A stretch of 64,000 nt of DNA, from contig CAWEZH010000002.1 in assembly GCA_963813535.1 (NCBI GenBank), forward strand, positions 1,184,001 to 1,248,000, read 5' to 3'. This document shows, in pieces, positions 47,320-56,351 of this stretch. The notes below the pieces were generated by a model, which was not told where the DNA came from, did no database searches, and saw only the letters and a list, made by a program, of their open reading frames with translations. Origin of the DNA: an uncultured Chloroflexia bacterium. Its GTDB lineage: Bacteria; Chloroflexota; Limnocylindria; Limnocylindrales; CSP1-4. Both the position numbers and the translations under genes were made by a program. Within the stretch, counting starts at the first letter, position 1. The number at the start of each line of letters is the position of its first letter.

Positions 47320-48675
47320 ATGACCACCCACAAGGCCTTCAAGCGGCTGGTGCGCGCGCGCATGGCCAAGACCGGGGAGCGATACGCTGCCGCCCGACGG
47401 ACCCTGGTCGAGGGCGCCACGGACGGACATCACGCGGAGTCGACGGCGGCCGCCACCACCTCGTCGGGCTATCTGATGCGCGGCGGCCTCCACCCGGAGA
47501 CGGCAACGCTGGCCAACGTGCTGGCGAACCAGGGCGTCATTTCGGGCGTGACTGGCGAGCCCTTGACCGAGGCCGCGATCCTCGGCATCGGCGGCGGCCT
47601 GGGCGCCGGCTACATCCTCTGGGAGTTCAAGAGCCACGGCGGGCCGATCCTCACCCTCGGATTCCGGAATCAGTGGCAATACCCGTCGATCCCCGGCTGG
47701 ACCGGCAAGACGCTCGAGCGCCTCGGCATCGAGCCCGACGTGCACGAGACCGGCGGCGCGAAAGGAGCTCGCGAGGCGCTCGATGCACGCCTGGACGTCG
47801 GCGAGCCCGTCATCGCCGCGATCGATCTCCAGTCGGTCGGGATCTGGGGACAAACCGACGCGCTGTCGGGGCACTTCGGTCTCGTCGTCGTCGTCTTCGG
47901 ACGTGACGCCGATGGCTCGTACCTCGTGGATGATCGTGGCCTGAGCCCGTTCCGAGTGCCACCGGCAGTGATGGCCGCCGCACGCGGACGGATCGGCTCA
48001 TTCAAGCACCGGATCGTCGGGTTGCGAACGTCGCCCGGACCGATCCCGGCCGAACGGCTTCGGGCGGCGATGCTCGCTGGCCTCGAGGACCAGGTGGATC
48101 ACCTGCGATCCCCCTCCGACTCCTTCTCGCTCCCGGCCTGGCGCAAGTGGGCCCGCCTGATGACCGACCAGCGGAACGCGAAGGCGTGGCCGCGCGTCTT
48201 CGCCGACGGCCACGGCCTATTCGGCTCGCTGTCCGCCCTCCACGAAAACGTCGATGGCGAGGTCGGGCCATGGGGTGGGCACTTGCGAGAGCTGTATGCC
48301 GCCTCACTCGATGAAGCGGCGGTCGCGCTCGACAACCCTGCGCTCTGCGACGCGGCGCGGGCGTGGCGGGGTGTCGCCGACCGATGGGAGGAGCTGGCCG
48401 ACGCAGCCGTACCGCCAGATCTCGACGGGGCAGCCGAGGCGGTCGAGGCGGTCGAGACACTTCGCGAGGCGGTGATGGCCGGCGAATCGGGACGGTCGCG
48501 TGTGAGCGTCGCCGCGGAGACCGCGTGGGCGATCCGTGATCGCTACGCCGAGGCCTTCCCGCTGCCACCAGACCGCATCGCGGCGATCCTCGAGGATCTC
48601 AGTGATCGGCTCGGCGCGATATACCAGGCGGAGGTCGAGGCGCTCGACACGACCGCCCAGGCCATCGGCAGATGA
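47320..48675 (+). CDS. BtrH_N / DUF4872-like protein
   Basis: HPETATL, EAAILGIGGGLG.GY, H..VVVFG.D...YLVDD; N-terminal FKRLVRARMAKTGERY motif. Confidence 0.75.
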   Translation: MTTHKAFKRLVRARMAKTGERYAAARRTLVEGATDGHHAESTAAATTSSGYLMRGGLHPETATLANVLANQGVISGVTGEPLTEAAILGIGGGLGAGYILWEFKSHGGPILTLGFRNQWQYPSIPGWTGKTLERLGIEPDVHETGGAKGAREALDARLDVGEPVIAAIDLQSVGIWGQTDALSGHFGLVVVVFGRDADGSYLVDDRGLSPFRVPPAVMAAARGRIGSFKHRIVGLRTSPGPIPAERLRAAMLAGLEDQVDHLRSPSDSFSLPAWRKWARLMTDQRNAKAWPRVFADGHGLFGSLSALHENVDGEVGPWGGHLRELYAASLDEAAVALDNPALCDAARAWRGVADRWEELADAAVPPDLDGAAEAVEAVETLREAVMAGESGRSRVSVAAETAWAIRDRYAEAFPLPPDRIAAILEDLSDRLGAIYQAEVEALDTTAQAIGR

Positions 48676-48883
48676 GGCGCTAGCCGCAGGAGCGACGGTG
48701 ACTCCAGGAGCTCGTTAGGGTGTTGGCCCTATTCCAATCAGACGCATGACGCACCTACCCTTGTGTGCGCCCCGGTCATGGTCCTCGACGCGTGATCCCG
48801 CCCTCCCCCCGGCGGCCAGCCTGTCGAGGCCGACCGGGGCACTCCGTCTAGGTCGGGCGGGAACCGAGCTGGAGGGGACTCCG

Positions 48884-49636
48884 ATGGTCAGCCCGAACCA
48901 CTCGTCCGCCACAGAGCAGCTGGCTCTCCCGAAGCTGCTTGCGCTCTTCCTGGTCCCAGGCGCGCTCATGACGGTCGTGTATGTCGTGATCGCCCCCTTC
49001 ATCGAGACGTCCGGGTTCCCGCCGATCGCCGCTCTGCTAGTGGCGATCCTGATCGTGCTCGTGCCGTTCGAGCTCGGGGTGATCCTGCGGGCAAGCCGCG
49101 GCCGCCCAGGGGGAATCGGCTCTGTGATCCCGTATCGCCGGCCGCTGCCCTTCCGCGACTGGCTGTGGCTGGTACCGGTCCTCATCGTCGCCGAGTTCGT
49201 TGGTTTCGGCCTGTCGATGGCGATCGAACCGACGGTCATCGGTAGCCTGTTCGGTTGGGTGCCGGACTGGTTCGTACGCCCGATCGACCCGGACCGGGTC
49301 GGCGACTACACCCGCGAGGCGTGGCTCCTGACGCTGGGCGCCTACTTCGTCCTGAACGGCTTCGTTGGCCCGATCGTCGAAGAGTCGTACTTCCGCGGCT
49401 ATCTCCTCCCCCGCATGGAGTGGATGGGCCGCTGGGCCCCGCTTGTCAATGTCAGCCTGTTCTCGGTGTACCACTTCTGGTCACCGTGGCAGGTGCTCGG
49501 CCGGATCCTGGCGCTCGCCCCGACGGTCTATGCCGTGCGCTGGAAGGAGAATGTCTACCTCGGCATGGTCGTCCATTGCACGGGGAACATCCTGGGCATC
49601 GTCCTGGTGGGTAGCCTGGTCCTCGGTCGGCTCTGA
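48884..49636 (+). CDS. CPBP (Abi/CAAX) intramembrane metalloprotease
   Basis: EESYFRGYL, FSVYH and H..GN motifs. Confidence 0.88.
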   Translation: MVSPNHSSATEQLALPKLLALFLVPGALMTVVYVVIAPFIETSGFPPIAALLVAILIVLVPFELGVILRASRGRPGGIGSVIPYRRPLPFRDWLWLVPVLIVAEFVGFGLSMAIEPTVIGSLFGWVPDWFVRPIDPDRVGDYTREAWLLTLGAYFVLNGFVGPIVEESYFRGYLLPRMEWMGRWAPLVNVSLFSVYHFWSPWQVLGRILALAPTVYAVRWKENVYLGMVVHCTGNILGIVLVGSLVLGRL

Positions 49637-49939
49637 CAGTGATCCAAGATGGCCCACGAGTCGAATCGCGTAGGGAGCAGGACTCGCGTCTAGAGACCAC
49701 CCCGCTTGAACCAGCACATGCGTAGCGCGATCAGGAAAACGATGGCCCAGATCGACGTTGATACGACAGGTTCCACGTCCGGCCTCCGATGCCCCCTGTC
49801 ATGTGACAGCATCCCGCGTGGCGTCAAGCACCGCGACGCCAGTCCCGTGTTGCGCTTGTTGCGATACGGCGAGCCTCGTTGCGGCGTCGTGCAAGGTCGT
49901 TGATGCCACTCTTTGCGTTGAACCGAGGAGGCGAGACGC

Positions 49940-50257
49940 ATGGAAGACCAGCATCCGATCCGAAGAGCGCTCGACCCCGACGAAGAGATCCACGTCGAGG
50001 CTCCGGCCGGCGACAGTGTGGTCGTCGTGACGAGCCGGAGGCTCGCCATCGGGTCGAACGAGCGGCTCGCGCTCGATGTGCCGATCGACAATCTCCGTCG
50101 CATCCAGTTCGATATCGAGCGCGACCGGCCCGCGACACTCGTGGTGGTTCCCCAGCGCCCGACCGATGAACCGCAGGTCCTCGCCGTACGACCGTCTGAC
50201 TATCCCGGTGTCGCTAACGCGTTGGTGGTCATCGGTCAGCGGCTGGCCGGGATCTAG
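49940..50257 (+). CDS. hypothetical protein (possibly PH-like fold)
   Basis: GAGGAGG SD; VVTSRRL and LRRIQFDIE...PATLVVVP. Confidence 0.7.
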   Translation: MEDQHPIRRALDPDEEIHVEAPAGDSVVVVTSRRLAIGSNERLALDVPIDNLRRIQFDIERDRPATLVVVPQRPTDEPQVLAVRPSDYPGVANALVVIGQRLAGI

Positions 50258-50285
50258 GCGCTGCCCCGATCCACTCACGTCCCCA

Positions 50286-50375
50286 TCAACTAGCCACGCA
50301 GCCACCCACCAGGGCCCAGAACACACCGCCGCCGAGCAGCAGGATCGCCAGGAAGACCAGGATCCCACGCGCCAT
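50286..50375 (-). CDS. 29-aa single-TM microprotein (absent from the ORF track)
   Basis: AAGGAGG SD 5 nt before ATG; MARGILVFLAILLLGGGVFWALVGGCVAS. Confidence 0.6.
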   Translation of the reverse strand: MARGILVFLAILLLGGGVFWALVGGCVAS

Positions 50376-50571
50376 GCCGACCTCCTTCGCCGGTGGGGAG
50401 TTTTTCGAGACATGGTCGGGCCAGCGCCTTACGCAGCAACGTCGAACGACCTGCGCCGCGCATGCATCGACATGGCAATCTGAGTCCCGGCGCGTGCCGA
50501 TACGACGTCAACGGCTTGGCCGCGCTCCCATCCACAGTGGCCACGGATGCGCAAGGAACGGTGAGGATCAG

Positions 50572-50937
50572 GTGAGTGATTTCTTCCGACGGCTGGCACA
50601 CCGGGTCACGCTCGGAGCCGGTTCCTGGCAGTTCTTCCTGATCTCCCTGGTGCTGATCGCCGTCTGGGCAGCCAGCGGTCCGTTCTTCGGGTTCAGCGAC
50701 ACGTGGCAACTGGTGGTGAACACCTCGACCACGATCCTGACCTACATCCTCGGGATCCTGATCCTGCTCGAAGCCAACCGGCAGGCACGGGAATCGAAGG
50801 TCGTCCACGACGATCTCCTCGAGTCGATCCGTGGCACCAACGCAGACCTCGTGAACATCGATGAGATGTCCGAGGAACAGATCGATCGCATCGAGGAGAG
50901 GCTGCGAGCTCGCGCGAGACGATCCGAGAAGTCCTGA
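50572..50937 (+). CDS. low-affinity iron permease (Fet4-like) family protein
   Basis: WAASGPFFGFSDTWQLVVNTSTTI motif. Confidence 0.88.
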   Translation: MSDFFRRLAHRVTLGAGSWQFFLISLVLIAVWAASGPFFGFSDTWQLVVNTSTTILTYILGILILLEANRQARESKVVHDDLLESIRGTNADLVNIDEMSEEQIDRIEERLRARARRSEKS

Positions 50938-51045
50938 CAGACGGCGACGCGAGGCGTCGTCAGGGAGCCGCAACACAAAGTCGGCCGCATGCAATGCGCC
51001 TGAAATCTGCGCTCACGCGGCGTCCGTCGATGATGTCGGCTGCCG

Positions 51046-52122
51046 ATGGTCACCAACGCCCGCGTGGCAGAGCCCGCGCTCATCACGATCCCCGGCTCCG
51101 ATGCTGCCTTCCGTCAGCACGTCAACGCCATGGAACGGACGGGGACGCCCGCGGACCTCGAAGCGAGGCTGCGCCGGATGTTCCCGCGGGTGGTCGTGCG
51201 CGAACGAAGCATCTCGGGCGCGCCAGCCTGGTACGTGTACAGGGACGGCTCGTGGAGCTCGTCCCTGGCCGGCGACTGGTGGGACGGTGCGGCACTCCCC
51301 CGGGTGCGTGTCGATCGACAGGGCTGGATCACCGATGCGGACCCGACAGCCCTCGGCATCCTCGGGATCGGCGCATCGGATATGGGCACGAGCCATATCA
51401 CTGACTTCGTCGTCCCGGGAACCCTCGATGACGCACTCGGACTGTTCCGGATCATCAGCGAGGGGCACACCCTCGACGCGACGGTCGTGCTCCGACCGAC
51501 GACCGGCGATGTCATCGCGGTCGACCTGCACGCCCACCTCGAGGATGACCATGTCGTCGGCGTCATCCGGCTGGCCGATGATGTGGACGTGGAGGAACCT
51601 GGGACCGTCGTCGGTCAACCTGCCGAGGTCGAATTCGTCCCTCCGACGGATGTCGCCTTTCGCGGCTACGTCATGCGCTCGATGGATCGGATGCCGGAAG
51701 TCACGCCCGACGGACTCGTCCTCCGGCTTCGCCGGCTCTACCCCCATGCCACACTCGAGATCGACGACCACCGGTGGGTCGCCCGTCGTGACCGGGGCAC
51801 GTATGACCAGCAGTCCAAATGGTGGGAAGAATCCGACGTGCCCCTGGTCCGGTACGACGCCCAGGCCCTGATCCTCGAGGCGAACGACGCGGCTGAGGCC
51901 TTCTTCGGCCGGTCGATGGTCGGCCACTACTGGCAGGAGTTCGTGACACCCGGATCGACCGACCAGGTCTCGGTCATGCTGGACATCCTCACGGAAGTCG
52001 GCGCCGCCGAATCGCGGTTCCGCATGCCACGCGGAGACGGCACACTGGTCGAGTTCGATTCCTACACGGAAGTCCGCGGTGAAGAGTTCGTGACCATGTT
52101 CCGTCGCGCCAGCGACGCGTGA
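51046..52122 (+). CDS. protein with two repeats of [unnamed RLR..YP/WYVYRDG domain + PAS]
   Basis: two PAS-like segments (DRQGWITDADPTAL; DAQALILEANDAAEAFFG...RGDG), each preceded by the same ~65-aa module. Confidence 0.75.
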   Translation: MVTNARVAEPALITIPGSDAAFRQHVNAMERTGTPADLEARLRRMFPRVVVRERSISGAPAWYVYRDGSWSSSLAGDWWDGAALPRVRVDRQGWITDADPTALGILGIGASDMGTSHITDFVVPGTLDDALGLFRIISEGHTLDATVVLRPTTGDVIAVDLHAHLEDDHVVGVIRLADDVDVEEPGTVVGQPAEVEFVPPTDVAFRGYVMRSMDRMPEVTPDGLVLRLRRLYPHATLEIDDHRWVARRDRGTYDQQSKWWEESDVPLVRYDAQALILEANDAAEAFFGRSMVGHYWQEFVTPGSTDQVSVMLDILTEVGAAESRFRMPRGDGTLVEFDSYTEVRGEEFVTMFRRASDA

Positions 52123-52880
52123 CCCGGCTGCGCTGGCTCGGCCACGCGACAGTCAGACTCGAGACGTCAGGCATCCGGCTGCTGTTCGACCCGCTCCTCG
52201 CGGGCGGGATCGGGCCCGTACGTCGTCGCCGGAAGTCGTCCGACCTCGAGGTCGCACCCGTCGACGCGGTCGTGATCTCGCACGCCCACCAGGACCACCT
52301 CCACCTCGCCAGCCTGCGGCGAGTCGGCAAGGACGTCCGGATCATCGTGCCGCGGGGTGCAGGATCCCTCGTCCGTGCGGCGGGCTTCGGCCACGTCACC
52401 GAGATGGACGTGGGTGACAGCACGACGATCGGCGACACGGTCATCCGGGCAGTCCCTGCGGCGCACGACGGTCGGCGCATGCCGTTCGGTCCCGCGGCAC
52501 CGGCGCTCGGCTACGTCGTCGAGGGCGAGGACCGCGTGTACTTCGCCGGCGACACCGACCTGTTCCCGGGGATGGCCGACATCGCGTCGGACCTTGACCT
52601 TGCGATCCTGCCGGTGGGTGGGTGGGGACCGACCCTTCGCAGCGGCCACCTCGACCCGATCACGGCCGCCGCGGCGCTCACCCTCTTGCGACCGCGTGTG
52701 GCCATCGCCGTCCACTGGGGCACGCTCTGGCCGATCGGCATGAATCGGGTGCGACGCTACCGGTTCGAGGAGCCGGGGGGCAGGTTCATCGAGGCTGCCA
52801 AGCGCGTCGCACCTACGGTCACCGTGCCGGCGCTGCTGCCGGGTGACGAATTCGAGTTGCCGTCGAGGTCGTTGCCCTAG
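52119..52880 (+). CDS. MBL-fold metallo-hydrolase (UlaG/RomA-like)
   Basis: WLGHAT, ISHAHQDHL, YFAGDT, LPVGGW and HWGT motifs. Confidence 0.9.
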   Translation: MTRLRWLGHATVRLETSGIRLLFDPLLAGGIGPVRRRRKSSDLEVAPVDAVVISHAHQDHLHLASLRRVGKDVRIIVPRGAGSLVRAAGFGHVTEMDVGDSTTIGDTVIRAVPAAHDGRRMPFGPAAPALGYVVEGEDRVYFAGDTDLFPGMADIASDLDLAILPVGGWGPTLRSGHLDPITAAAALTLLRPRVAIAVHWGTLWPIGMNRVRRYRFEEPGGRFIEAAKRVAPTVTVPALLPGDEFELPSRSLP

Positions 52881-53017
52881 CGGGCCGGGTGGCCGTCGCC
52901 CCGCACCGCACGTTGGGCCCCTGATTGTGACGGCCCTGCAACGGCACGACGGGGAACGGGCGGCTTCATGGGCACGCCCGCCGTTCCACGATAGCCGGAC
53001 GCACCTGAGGTCTGGTT

Positions 53018-53236
53018 GTGGTGCCGAATGCACTCGTTCTGAATCCGCGTGACGATCGAGACTTCGTCTCGTTCGCGGAGGCGCTTCTCGCTGAGGGACC
53101 ACCCACGCCCCAGACCTTCGAGAGGCGCCTGCGTGAGCGCTATCCCATGGCCGTCGTTCGACCGCGCGACCTCGCCAGCGAACCGCTCACGCTCTGGTAT
53201 TGCTACCGCGACGGCCGGTGGACGCGCCCGTCGTAG
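53018..53236 (+). CDS. 72-aa stand-alone copy of the unnamed domain found in 51046-52122
   Basis: NPRDDRDF...TPQTFERRLRERYP.AVVR.R...WYCYRDGRW. Confidence 0.8.
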   Translation: MVPNALVLNPRDDRDFVSFAEALLAEGPPTPQTFERRLRERYPMAVVRPRDLASEPLTLWYCYRDGRWTRPS

Positions 53237-53280
53237 GCGGCACTGTGGTCGCAGATCCCTGGAGAGGCTGACGCCGCCGA

Positions 53281-55473
53281 CTACGGTCCGGCTGCGGAGG
53301 GCACGGGCGTGCCCTGTGCCACGTCATCGATCGGCGGCTGGTCGCCGGCGATGGACGTCTGTGTATCGCCGCCCGGATCGAACATGTGGAGCACGAGCCT
53401 CCAGGTCGCCGCGACCACGCCGAGGAACGGGACGACCAGGAACATCCCCACGATGCCACCGATCTGCCCGCCTGCCGGGATGGCGAGAAGCACGATGGCC
53501 GGATGGAGGCTCACGGTCTTGCCGTAGACGAGCGGAGCGACGAAGTTGCCCTGGACGATATTCATGACGAGCGTGTAGATGGCCATGATCACGATGTCCG
53601 AGGTGCTGCCTGCCGCGACTGCGACTAGGAACCCCAGGAACGTCGTCACGAACCCACCGATGTAGGGGATGAAGTTCCCGAAGAACGTCAGGACACCGAT
53701 CGGGAACGCGAGCGGCAAGCCGAGCAGCGCCATGATCAGGAACTGCGTCACCCCGGCGAACAATGAGATGGCCCCGGTCCCGACCATGTACCCGTTGAGG
53801 ACGGATGCCGCACGCGTGCCGGCTTCACGGACGACGGCCCGCCGGCGGACCGAGACCGCAGATAGCGCGCTCTCCCACCATCGGTCGCCCTCACGGAGCA
53901 GGTGGTACGTGAGAAGCCCCGCCAACAGGATCGCGATCGACAGCCCGACGAGGCTGCCGAGTATCGCGGTCACCTCGCTTACAAGCCCGGAACCGACCGA
54001 ACGGACGAAGTCCACCGGCGCTGCACCCACGTTCGCGCGCTGCGCGCCCGCCGCCGCGAGGTCCGTGGTGTCGGTGATCGATCCACCGATGGCGATGACG
54101 GCAGCGGCCATGGCGGCGAGGGCGATCGTGGCGCTGACCACGGTGATTGCGAGCGCAGACTGGGATCGTCCCAGGCCGCGGGCCCGCAACAGTTGGACAC
54201 CGGAGTTCAGCGTCGCGGCGAGGACGAGGGCGAGGACGAGGGGGAGGGTGACGCCTGGGAACTGGAGGGCGGCTCCGACGACGATCGCACCGACGCCCCC
54301 GATCACCAACGCCCGCCATGCCCATTGCGCCAAGCGGTCGAGCCAGACCGGCACGAGCGCCCCGGCGGCCGCGACCTCGCGACGCCCGGATTCGAGCGTG
54401 GCCACGATCGCCGGCGCGAACGTCTCCGCGACGATGACCGCCGGGACTGCCGCGATCAGCCCGATCAGCCCGAACAAGGCGGCTCCGGCCGGCAGGGCGA
54501 TGACGATCAGTGCTGGTTGGGTCGGCATGGTCTGCCGCACGTAGCGCGAGAACACTCGCCGCTGGAAAAGGCTCGTGGCGACGATCAGGGCGAGAAGGAT
54601 GACCGTGGAAACGAGGTCACGGGCGGCCAGCGTGACCAGCAGCACGAAGGCGGTCGAGACCACCGGCCCGATATACGGCATGAACCCCGCCAGGAACACG
54701 AACACGGCGATCGGGCCTGCCAGTGGCACGCCCAGAACCTGGAGGTATAGCCAGGTGGTGAGCGCTCCGACGCCGGCGTTCAATGCCGTGCCCCGCAGGT
54801 ACTCGCCGACGCGTTCGAGCGCGACGACTCCTCGGGCGGTCAGCGTCTCCTGCCGCCAGTCGTCGAGGTCACGGATCGCCATCGCCCACGCCTTGTGGCC
54901 GTCCTGGATGACGTAGAAGGTCAGGAAGCCGCCAAGGATCAGCACCGTGACGGCCTCGGCGATCGGGCCGACCAGCTGACCGATCGCATCGGTGATCCAG
55001 GCCTCGGTCGCCTCGATCGATCGACTGAGAAGCACCGTGGCCGTGTCGGGCACCCCGGCCGACGCTGCGTAGGCGGTGAGCTCGGTGACGCCCGCTTTGA
55101 GCGCCGCAACGAGTTCCACCAGGTATGGCGCCACGACCAGGACGACGACCGTGACTGTGATGATCAGGGCCGACAGCGCTACGAGGCTCAGCACGGCTGC
55201 CGCTTTCGTTGTGCTCCAACCCCGGTCCACCCGGACATGTCGATAGAGGGGTGCGACCGCGGCGGCAAGCAAGGCCGCGAAGATGATCGACAGCGTGACG
55301 GTCGAGAGCCGGACCGCCAGCGTCCCGATGAGGACCGCCATCGCGACGACGACAAGGATCCGCCAGCCGAACGCGCCGAGCAGGCGCAACCAGCCTGGGA
55401 CGAGGGTCCCACCCGCCTCGTCCAACGCAGTGCCGACGGGCGACGGATCCGGCGCCTGCGAGTCGACCGCCAC
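53281..55473 (-). CDS. AI-2E family transporter with two tandem AI-2E domains
   Basis: two repeats, each starting VP.WL..L...WR.LV and containing F(M/I)PYIG; AGGAGG SD before the GTG at 55473. Confidence 0.85.
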   Translation of the reverse strand: MAVDSQAPDPSPVGTALDEAGGTLVPGWLRLLGAFGWRILVVVAMAVLIGTLAVRLSTVTLSIIFAALLAAAVAPLYRHVRVDRGWSTTKAAAVLSLVALSALIITVTVVVLVVAPYLVELVAALKAGVTELTAYAASAGVPDTATVLLSRSIEATEAWITDAIGQLVGPIAEAVTVLILGGFLTFYVIQDGHKAWAMAIRDLDDWRQETLTARGVVALERVGEYLRGTALNAGVGALTTWLYLQVLGVPLAGPIAVFVFLAGFMPYIGPVVSTAFVLLVTLAARDLVSTVILLALIVATSLFQRRVFSRYVRQTMPTQPALIVIALPAGAALFGLIGLIAAVPAVIVAETFAPAIVATLESGRREVAAAGALVPVWLDRLAQWAWRALVIGGVGAIVVGAALQFPGVTLPLVLALVLAATLNSGVQLLRARGLGRSQSALAITVVSATIALAAMAAAVIAIGGSITDTTDLAAAGAQRANVGAAPVDFVRSVGSGLVSEVTAILGSLVGLSIAILLAGLLTYHLLREGDRWWESALSAVSVRRRAVVREAGTRAASVLNGYMVGTGAISLFAGVTQFLIMALLGLPLAFPIGVLTFFGNFIPYIGGFVTTFLGFLVAVAAGSTSDIVIMAIYTLVMNIVQGNFVAPLVYGKTVSLHPAIVLLAIPAGGQIGGIVGMFLVVPFLGVVAATWRLVLHMFDPGGDTQTSIAGDQPPIDDVAQGTPVPSAAGP

Positions 55474-55672
55474 GGCCTCACCTCCTGTGTCACCCATCAT
55501 CGAGGCCCGGCGACTCGCTCGTAAGGCTGGCGGGCACCCGTTTGTTCCGGGGGCGCGCTGGCGCGGGTGGGCCCTGTCCGGAGGGAGTGACACCCCCGAC
55601 ACATAGTGGCGTGCGCCCCATTGTCCCCGCTGATGGCCCGCTCAGACTCAGGCGATCAGCAAGGGAGATCCG

Positions 55673-56131
55673 ATGGAAGACGATGCGCTCGACCGGCTCG
55701 GACCGGTCGACTACCTGGTGGTCGAGTTCCCGGTCGGGACACAGAACTTCACCGGCGAGGTCGCGGAGCAACTCATCAAGCTCCACGATTCCGGGGCGAT
55801 CCGGATCATGGACGTGGTCATCCTGGTCAAGGGTGAGAACGGAGCTCTCGACGCGCATGAGCTCTCCGACTTCCCCGAGCTGGGCGACATGCAGCGGATC
55901 GAGACGCAGCTCGCCGAGACGCTCGCCGAGGAGGACATCGTGAACCTCGCGGTCGCGATGGAACCCGGCAGCGTGGCCGGGGTGCTCATCTACGAGAACC
56001 TCTGGGCCGCGCCATTCGCATCAGCCGTGCGTCACGCGGGGGGTCAGCTGATCGCCCAGGGTCGCATCCCCATCCAGGCGATCATCGCCGCCATCGAAGC
56101 CGACGAAGCACTCCAGCCAGCAGGAGCCTGA
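55673..56131 (+). CDS. DUF6325 family protein
   Basis: LGPVDYLVVEFP and YENLWAAPF..AVR.AGG.LIA.GRIP. Confidence 0.88.
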   Translation: MEDDALDRLGPVDYLVVEFPVGTQNFTGEVAEQLIKLHDSGAIRIMDVVILVKGENGALDAHELSDFPELGDMQRIETQLAETLAEEDIVNLAVAMEPGSVAGVLIYENLWAAPFASAVRHAGGQLIAQGRIPIQAIIAAIEADEALQPAGA

Positions 56132-56132
56132 C

Positions 56133-56342
56133 ATGCCGCTACGAGCATCCCGCATGGGTCGCGCCGGAGTCGTCGGCGGACCGGTGGCCAAGGCCGCCGT
56201 GGTCGGCGCCGCGGTGTCCCCCGGGCCATCGCCCGTTGCCAAGGCCGCTGTCGTGGGGGCAGCAGCGTCACCCGGCCGCTCCCCAGTCGCCAAGGCCGCG
56301 GTCGTCGGCGCCGTCGTCACGCCGGGCAGACGCCGTTTCTGA
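56133..56342 (+). CDS. 69-aa microprotein with three 17-aa tandem repeats
   Basis: PVAKAAVVGA(A/V)(V/A)(S/T)PG repeats at 56181, 56232 and 56283 with synonymous divergence; AGGAG SD. Confidence 0.75.
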   Translation: MPLRASRMGRAGVVGGPVAKAAVVGAAVSPGPSPVAKAAVVGAAASPGRSPVAKAAVVGAVVTPGRRRF

Positions 56343-56351
56343 GACGGCGGA

